NCBI RefSeq assembly: GCF_000757865.1
Contig: NZ_CP007754.1
Span: 1,500,001-1,532,000 of the forward strand
Direction: 5' to 3'
DNA length: 32,000 bases
DNA from: Prochlorococcus sp. MIT 0801
GTDB taxonomy: Bacteria; Cyanobacteriota; Cyanobacteriia; PCC-6307; Cyanobiaceae
Shown: positions 26,086 through 32,000 of the stretch, one piece after another
How positions within the stretch are numbered: the first letter of the stretch is position 1
Layout: each line of letters opens with the position of its first letter
The notes under the pieces: generated by a model
What the model saw: the letters and a program-made list of their open reading frames with translations, nothing else
Databases searched by the model: none
Told to the model about the DNA's origin: nothing
Position numbers and translations under genes: made by a program

Positions 26086-26744
26086 AACCCTGCATTTTCT
26101 CCATAATCCATGTCAGACAAAGATATCTCGTATTGGCTAATGACAAGTTAAACTTGAGTGACTTAAAGAGATTTGGCTGATTTAATAGAATCTGTTCACA
26201 CTTTTCATCCCCAATCTTGCCAATGACAAGCAGACCAGAAATATTGGATGAGATCATGTTTTACATTCTCGAAAGAGCCAAGTGTGAAGAATAGACTGAC
26301 AAGTACCTTGAGCATGTTCTCGACTACTGCAAAAAGGATTATCAAAAGGCTTTTGAAAAGAAGAATTAGATTAAATTCTATTCACTATTATTTGCCCTTC
26401 TTAAGATTGAAGAAAGAATGCGAAGTGGCTGGAATGTAAGTCACCATAATTAATGGATAAGAGAGCTAGAGCAGCAAGACGTGAAGATAGCCTATTAAGA
26501 ATCATTTGCCTTAGCGGCAAAAAATAGCCACTGAAAAAGAAGCTCTTAAGCAAAAGAAAGAAGTACAAAGTAAACACCAAACAGGAAAATAAATCACAAT
26601 AATTAAGACCAAATCAAACTGAGGGAGATTAGAAATTACATCTAGTAAGCTTTATTTTTGGGATCACAACTTTCAATGAAGAAAAAGTAAAAGATTTTCT
26701 TTAATTGCCTAGGAAACAGAAATAACTGGCGAAAATCAAATTTA

Positions 26745-27806
26745 ATGATTAAAAAAATTATGCGTCGATTGGTATCTGTAATAGTTGGTCTAGCAGCTCT
26801 ATCAGCTGGCTGTGCGACAACAAATCAAGACAATAGTTCTAGACTTAACCTTATAAAAAATCGCAATGAGTTGATTTGTGGAGTAAGTGGAAAGATTCCT
26901 GGATTTAGTTTTCTGAAAAGTGATGGCACTTATCAAGGACTAGATGTCGATATATGTAAAGCATTTGCTGCTGCAATCATAGGAGATTCAGAAAAAATTC
27001 AATACAGACCTCTAACTGCAGCAGAAAGATTCACGGCTATTAAAACTGGGGAAATTGACCTTTTGTCAAGAAATACCACTTTCACTCTCAGTAGAGATTC
27101 CTCAGGAGGAAATGGATTAACTTTTGCACCAGTTGTCTTCCATGATGGCCAGGGATTGATGGTCAAGAAGGAAAGTAAAATTAGTGGTCTCAAAGATCTT
27201 GCAAATAAATCTATATGTGTAGGCTCAGGTACCACTACTGAGCAAAATATAAATGATGCATTTGAGAGTGCCTCACTGCCTTATACACCAATCAAATATC
27301 AAGATCTTAATCAAGTGGTTGCTGGTTATTTACAGGGTCGTTGTTCAGCTATGACTTCTGATCGTTCACAATTAGCTGCAGCTAGATCTGGCTTTAAGAA
27401 TCCAAAAGAACATATTATTCTTGATGATGTATTAAGCAAGGAGCCACTTGCTCCCGCTTCCGATGGCCAAGATCAGAAACTAGCTGATGCCATGAGATGG
27501 GTTGTCTTTTCCCTTATATCGGCAGAAGAACAAGGGATAACAAAATCAAATATTGATAAAAAAGTTCAAATTGCAAAGAATAATCCTCAGTTAAAACCTT
27601 TAAGAAGATTTTTAGGTATTGATGGGGGACTAGGAGAAAAAATTGGACTTAGCAATGACTTCGTAGTTAAAGTAATTAGCTCAACAGGCAATTATGGAGA
27701 GATTTACGAAAGACATTTAGGACAAAATAGCGAAGTACCTATTCCAAGAGGACAAAATGAGTTGTATAAGAAAGGAGGTGTACATATTTCACCACCATTC
27801 AACTAA
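26745..27806 (+). CDS. Polar/general amino-acid ABC transporter, substrate-binding protein (AapJ/BztA/NatF-like)
   Basis: Signal peptide with Cys (LAALSAGCA). It has family-3 SBP features and is the first gene of a four-gene operon. Confidence 0.88.
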   Translation: MIKKIMRRLVSVIVGLAALSAGCATTNQDNSSRLNLIKNRNELICGVSGKIPGFSFLKSDGTYQGLDVDICKAFAAAIIGDSEKIQYRPLTAAERFTAIKTGEIDLLSRNTTFTLSRDSSGGNGLTFAPVVFHDGQGLMVKKESKISGLKDLANKSICVGSGTTTEQNINDAFESASLPYTPIKYQDLNQVVAGYLQGRCSAMTSDRSQLAAARSGFKNPKEHIILDDVLSKEPLAPASDGQDQKLADAMRWVVFSLISAEEQGITKSNIDKKVQIAKNNPQLKPLRRFLGIDGGLGEKIGLSNDFVVKVISSTGNYGEIYERHLGQNSEVPIPRGQNELYKKGGVHISPPFN

Positions 27807-27824
27807 AAATAATTTATTGCGGGA

Positions 27825-28724
27825 ATGAAAATAAATCAAAAATTATTTTTGCAATTTGGAATATCTATTATCTTTTTTGGTTTACTTGGGATACTAATTA
27901 ATAATTTAATAATAAATCTAATAAGAACAGGTCTTGGTTTTAATTTTAGCTGGCTTTTTAAACCAGCAAGTTTTGCTTTAGCGGAACACCCCTTACCTTA
28001 TACCTCTTCAGATAGCTATGCTTGGGCTTTATTTATAGGTTGGCTTAACAGTCTTAAAGTTATTGTCTCATCATTAATATTGGCTACTTTCTTGGGGACA
28101 CTAATAGGCTTTGCAAGGACAGGTTCAAACTCATTACTAGGTCTCATTTCGGCTGGTTACATCACAATAATTAGACAAACCCCTCTTTTACTTCAACTTA
28201 TGTTTTGGTATTTTGTTGGGTTCTTAGGTTTAAAAGACAATATGTTTATCCAAATAAAAAATATATTTAACATTTCAAATAAAGGAATAGAGTTTTCAGG
28301 ATTAACTTTTTCTTCGGAGTTTCTAGCATTATTATTTGGTCTAAGTATCTTTACAAGTGCTTTCATAGCAGAGGTAATCCGCGGAGGTATTCTTTCTGTT
28401 CCGAGAGGGCAATGGGAAGCATTTAGGAGCTTAGGAATTTCAGAAAGAAAAGGACTTATCCGCATAATACTTCCACAGGCATTACCAGCGATCATTCCTG
28501 GACTTACAAGTCAATACCTTAACCTTGCTAAAAATAGTACCTTAGCTATAGCCGTTGGATATTCAGATATTTACGCAATTAATGATACTATCATTAATCA
28601 AACAGGAAGAGCTATCGAGTGTTTTATCATATTACTTATTAGTTTCTTGCTATTAAATTTATTGATAACTAATGCCATGGAAATCATAAATAGATTAATT
28701 TTAAAATCACAAAGATACAGTTGA
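27825..28724 (+). CDS. Amino-acid ABC transporter permease (AapQ/NatG-like)
   Basis: Multi-TM protein with a HisMQ-type EAA loop: AEVIRGGILSVPRGQWEAFRSLGIS. Confidence 0.9.
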   Translation: MKINQKLFLQFGISIIFFGLLGILINNLIINLIRTGLGFNFSWLFKPASFALAEHPLPYTSSDSYAWALFIGWLNSLKVIVSSLILATFLGTLIGFARTGSNSLLGLISAGYITIIRQTPLLLQLMFWYFVGFLGLKDNMFIQIKNIFNISNKGIEFSGLTFSSEFLALLFGLSIFTSAFIAEVIRGGILSVPRGQWEAFRSLGISERKGLIRIILPQALPAIIPGLTSQYLNLAKNSTLAIAVGYSDIYAINDTIINQTGRAIECFIILLISFLLLNLLITNAMEIINRLILKSQRYS

Positions 28725-28727
28725 TAT

Positions 28728-29762
28728 ATGTTCAGAATTTATACAAGTTCATTAATAATTTTCTTCAAGAATGCAAGAAAAACATTGTTTTCAAATTTAT
28801 TCAATACAATTATCACTTTGCTCATTATATTATTTTTTAGCGTAGCTTGTTTTAATACTTTTGAATGGCTCATATTTAAGGCTAATTGGAAAGTTGTAAT
28901 ATCAAATCTCCCTTTATACGCATTTGGTAGTTTTCCATCTAATGAACAATGGAGACCTGCTACGTGGATCATCAGTCTTCTTTCACTCAGTATCTTTACT
29001 CTTTATGGCCCTGAGTGGAAATGGCTACGTAAAAACCTAATAATAGTGTGGGTAGGAACAATACCATTGGGTCTATATTTACTTTATGGTGGACTTGGCT
29101 TATCGCCTATAATGAGTAGACAATGGGGTGGATTAACTCTAACTATACTGCTAACTGTTTGTAGCTCGTTATTATCATTACCTATTGGAATAGTTTTAGC
29201 ACTATGTCGACATAGTTCATTACCAATGGTTCAAAAGCTAAGTTCAATCTTTATAGATGTTATGAGAGCAATACCGCTTATTGCAGTGCTTTTCTTTGGT
29301 CAACTACTAATACCTTTATTTCTTCCCGTTGAAATAGAAATTGATCGAGTTTGGAGAGCTATCTTTGCGTTTACACTATTTGTTTCAGCCTACATAGCGG
29401 AAGACATTCGTGGTGGACTACAGTCAATTCCCAACACTCAAATAGAGGCAGCAAATAGTCTTGGCCTTAATCAATACCAAATCATACAATTCATATTAAT
29501 TCCTCAAGCTTTACGCATTGCATTACCTGCTCTGACTAATCAATCCATTGGACTTTTTCAAAATACATCGTTAATGGCTATTTTAGGATTAGTTGAGTTA
29601 CTAGGCATAGGCAGAAGTATCCTGGCTAATCCAGAATTTATTGGTCAATATATTGAAGTTTATGTTTGGCTAGCATGTGTCTATTGGATCGTTTGTACAA
29701 TCATGGCTGTTCTTGCAAGACATCTTGAACAAAGAATGACCATTAATCAAGCTAATTTCTAA
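28728..29762 (+). CDS. Amino-acid ABC transporter permease (AapM/NatH-like)
   Basis: Multi-TM protein with the EAA loop AEDIRGGLQSIPNTQIEAANSLGLN. Confidence 0.9.
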   Translation: MFRIYTSSLIIFFKNARKTLFSNLFNTIITLLIILFFSVACFNTFEWLIFKANWKVVISNLPLYAFGSFPSNEQWRPATWIISLLSLSIFTLYGPEWKWLRKNLIIVWVGTIPLGLYLLYGGLGLSPIMSRQWGGLTLTILLTVCSSLLSLPIGIVLALCRHSSLPMVQKLSSIFIDVMRAIPLIAVLFFGQLLIPLFLPVEIEIDRVWRAIFAFTLFVSAYIAEDIRGGLQSIPNTQIEAANSLGLNQYQIIQFILIPQALRIALPALTNQSIGLFQNTSLMAILGLVELLGIGRSILANPEFIGQYIEVYVWLACVYWIVCTIMAVLARHLEQRMTINQANF

Positions 29763-29768
29763 TAATTC

Positions 29769-30515
29769 ATGGAACCTATTGTTGTTGCGAAGAATCTCAC
29801 TAAGTCTTACACAAAAGGATTACGAGCTCTTGACAATGTTTCTCTTACAGTTAATCAAGGGAAAGTCCTAGTAGTCATGGGCCCCTCAGGCTCAGGGAAA
29901 AGTACTCTGATTCGCACTTTTAATGGTCTTGAAACTTTTGATAGAGGAGAACTAAATATTCTAGGAATAAAAGTAGATTCCACTCATAATGAAAGGAAAA
30001 TACAAAAAATAAGAAAAAGAGTAGGAATGGTTTTTCAACAATTCAATTTATTCCCTCATCTCTCAATCCTTGAAAACATCACTCTCGCTCCAGTACATGT
30101 GCAAAAACGTCGTCAAGCTGAAGCGGAAGAATATGGCATGTATCTTTTAAATCAAATGGGAATAGATTCACATGCAAAAAAATACCCAAGTCAACTTAGC
30201 GGAGGAGAGCAACAAAGAGTAGCCATCGCTAGAGCTTTAGCCTTAAAGCCTGAACTACTTCTATTTGATGAACCCACTAGCGCTCTAGATCCAGAACGAA
30301 TCAACGAAGTACTCGATGCAATGAGAAAACTTGCTCAGCAAGGAATGACAATGGTTGTAGTAACACATGAAATTGGTTTTGCTAAAGACGTAAGTGATCA
30401 AGTTTTATTTATGGATTCAGGTAAAGTCATAGAAACATCTCCTCCAAATATCTTCTTTTCTAATGCAAGACACGAGAGAAGTAGAAAGTTTCTAAACCAG
30501 CTTGATAAACAGTAG
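29769..30515 (+). CDS. Amino-acid ABC transporter ATP-binding protein (AapP/GlnQ/BgtA-like)
   Basis: Walker A GPSGSGKST, Q-loop, signature LSGGEQQRVAIARAL, Walker B LLLFDEPTSALD, and H-loop VTHE. Confidence 0.93.
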   Translation: MEPIVVAKNLTKSYTKGLRALDNVSLTVNQGKVLVVMGPSGSGKSTLIRTFNGLETFDRGELNILGIKVDSTHNERKIQKIRKRVGMVFQQFNLFPHLSILENITLAPVHVQKRRQAEAEEYGMYLLNQMGIDSHAKKYPSQLSGGEQQRVAIARALALKPELLLFDEPTSALDPERINEVLDAMRKLAQQGMTMVVVTHEIGFAKDVSDQVLFMDSGKVIETSPPNIFFSNARHERSRKFLNQLDKQ

Positions 30516-30846
30516 CGAGTCTCCTTCTTATCATATATCCAATTCAAAGGAGTTTCATCACAAGTCCTTTTCGGCCGATTTTTGATTCCTATTTCCTTAA
30601 TCATACTTTTAGGGCAAGGGAAGGTAACTAATATCGACGCAGAAAAGTAGTTATATAGACTTCTTTATAGCTAAAAATCAAAACCGTTACATTTGCTTTT
30701 TCAAGCTTTGACAGAAATGTTTGAAGTCAAATTAAGAATCGAGCTAGAGCTCAATCTCCTCATAGGGGATAATGTAAAGAGATAGAAGCTATAACAAGTT
30801 TCATTCGAACTTCATTCGAACTTAACATTTTCGCTGAGATTCCACC

Positions 30847-31320
30847 ATGGCACTTGAAGAGATTAACTATTGGCTAATGAAGAGTGAGCCAAATGCTTAC
30901 AGTATTAAAGATTTAAAAAAAGAAGAAGAAACTCTCTGGGATGGAATTCGAAATTATCAGGCTAGAAACTTTATGAGGTCAATGGAAATTGGTGATCAAG
31001 CTTTTTTTTATCATTCAAATACTAAACCCCCTGGAATAGTCGGCCTGATGGAAATTATTGCAAAAAACTTAATCGACCCATTTCAGTTTGATGAAAGTTC
31101 AAAGTATTTTGACAAAAAATCAAAAAAAGATAACCCTCGTTGGGATTGCGTCAAGACTAAATATATCTGTGAATTTAAAAATATGATTACTTTAAAGGAG
31201 CTATCTGAAACTTATACGTCTGAAGAACTCACTCTAGTTCGCAAAGGCAACAGGCTATCAATTATGCCAATTAATAAAGATATTGCTTTGGAGATTCTCA
31301 CAAAGCTAGAGAAAAATTAA
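30847..31320 (+). CDS. EVE-domain (PUA-like, Thy28/DUF55) protein
   Basis: YWLMKSEPNAYSIKDL...WDGIRNYQARNFMRSMEIGDQAFFYHSN..PPGIVGLMEI is the canonical EVE signature. Confidence 0.85.
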   Translation: MALEEINYWLMKSEPNAYSIKDLKKEEETLWDGIRNYQARNFMRSMEIGDQAFFYHSNTKPPGIVGLMEIIAKNLIDPFQFDESSKYFDKKSKKDNPRWDCVKTKYICEFKNMITLKELSETYTSEELTLVRKGNRLSIMPINKDIALEILTKLEKN

Positions 31321-31321
31321 T

Positions 31322-31585
31322 TCAAAAAGAATGAGATCCAAACATATTTCCAATATAAAGACGCGTTATCAATCTGGAACTGATGCCATTTTGGATTAAA
31401 AACCCTGCAAGCGCAGCTTGTAAAAGTCTGTATTGATCCCAATTGGGATGTTTCTCAATGTAAACCTCCATTGCTTGTTGAATTTGCTTGGGTATTTCTG
31501 TTTGAAAACTAATTGTTTCCTCAGATTCCAAAACTTCCGGACTTTGGATCAAACTTTTATCTTCCATAAAATCAATATTATTCAT
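31322..31585 (-). CDS. Small conserved cyanobacterial hypothetical protein (DUF2811-like)
   Basis: AMEVYIEKHPNWDQYRLLQAALAGFLIQNG resembles the family from memory. The family name is not certain. Confidence 0.5.
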   Translation of the reverse strand: MNNIDFMEDKSLIQSPEVLESEETISFQTEIPKQIQQAMEVYIEKHPNWDQYRLLQAALAGFLIQNGISSRLITRLYIGNMFGSHSF

Positions 31586-31765
31586 TTGAAAAGCTCTTAG
31601 AAAATTTATTCCATCAGCAAACTACTACCAAAATCAGATCTATAAAAAATGCTTTCTCAGGCAATCTCATTCTCAAATTAAGTACTCAACTACTTTTCAA
31701 AAGAAACTATAAGAATTACTTATTATTAGCATTCGACTTATTTGATAGGCAAATTTAAATTATCA

Positions 31766-31805
31766 AACTCAGTTTTTTTCAACAGTAGGCAGTCCGGACT
31801 GAGTT
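31766..31805 (-). terminator. Possible terminator hairpin for the partial minus-strand gene at the right edge
   Basis: An 8-bp stem AACTCAGT/ACTGAGTT encloses a 10-nt perfect palindrome AGTCCGGACT. It lies 84 nt downstream of the stop at 31889, and the T-tract is weak. Confidence 0.3.
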
Positions 31806-31888
31806 AAGAGCATAAATCCTGTGGAAAAGATGTGAGTTTAATCCAGTTAGATTTGGGGAAAAATTGAAAAACTTTTTGTTACGTTCTC

Positions 31889-31999
31889 TCACAAATAGTC
31901 TGAATCCCACATTGTTCTCATGGCATTTTCAACATGTTTAGTCACATCTCTAGGCCAATAGACCTCTGCTCCTCGATTAAATAGACCACTAGCACTCAA
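31889..31999 (-). CDS. C-terminal fragment of an unidentified protein; 5' end outside the window
   Basis: The frame is open to the window edge: ...LSASGLFNRGAEVYWPRDVTKHVENAMRTMWDSDYL*. Confidence 0.5.
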   Translation of the reverse strand: MSASGLFNRGAEVYWPRDVTKHVENAMRTMWDSDYL

Positions 32000-32000
32000 G

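Noticed and set aside
26248-26439. 63-aa basic ORF in the 1-kb gap
   Set aside because: It overlaps a more protein-like frame that is broken by stops, and it has low-complexity K/R/L composition. I treat it as part of a decayed region, not a gene.

Overview
The window is AT-rich, roughly one-third G+C by eye, and gene-dense. Its content points to a high-light-adapted Prochlorococcus-type marine picocyanobacterium. The pointers are five small hli (HLIP) genes in two tandem clusters, a plant-type ferredoxin, a PSII-type S4-domain protein, a lumenal-type pentapeptide-repeat protein, and many tiny membrane ORFs.

The left flank (1-8.4 kb) is housekeeping: the 3' end of rnz, a pentapeptide-repeat protein, petF-like ferredoxin, prmA, serA, tRNA-Val(GAC) and murD. 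The right flank (26.7-32 kb) holds a four-gene polar amino-acid ABC importer, an EVE-domain protein and small conserved ORFs.

The centre (about 8.4-26.7 kb) looks like flexible, island-type content. It carries stress genes (GAF, DoxX, OsmC, hli x5), a run of ORFs below 110 aa, an ABC-F ATPase, DUF805 and a TPR/oxygenase-like fusion. It also has unusually long non-coding gaps for such a compact genome, of about 0.6 kb and about 1.0 kb, each with a locally GC-rich structured core.

I see no CRISPR array, transposase, integrase, rRNA or recognisable defence system. The most promising unexplained signals are the two GC-rich candidate ncRNA elements, the perfect HLR1 (RpaB-type) box abutting one hli operon, and the decayed ORFs with in-frame TAG codons upstream of the ABC operon. 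All family assignments come from motif recognition by eye. No database search was run.
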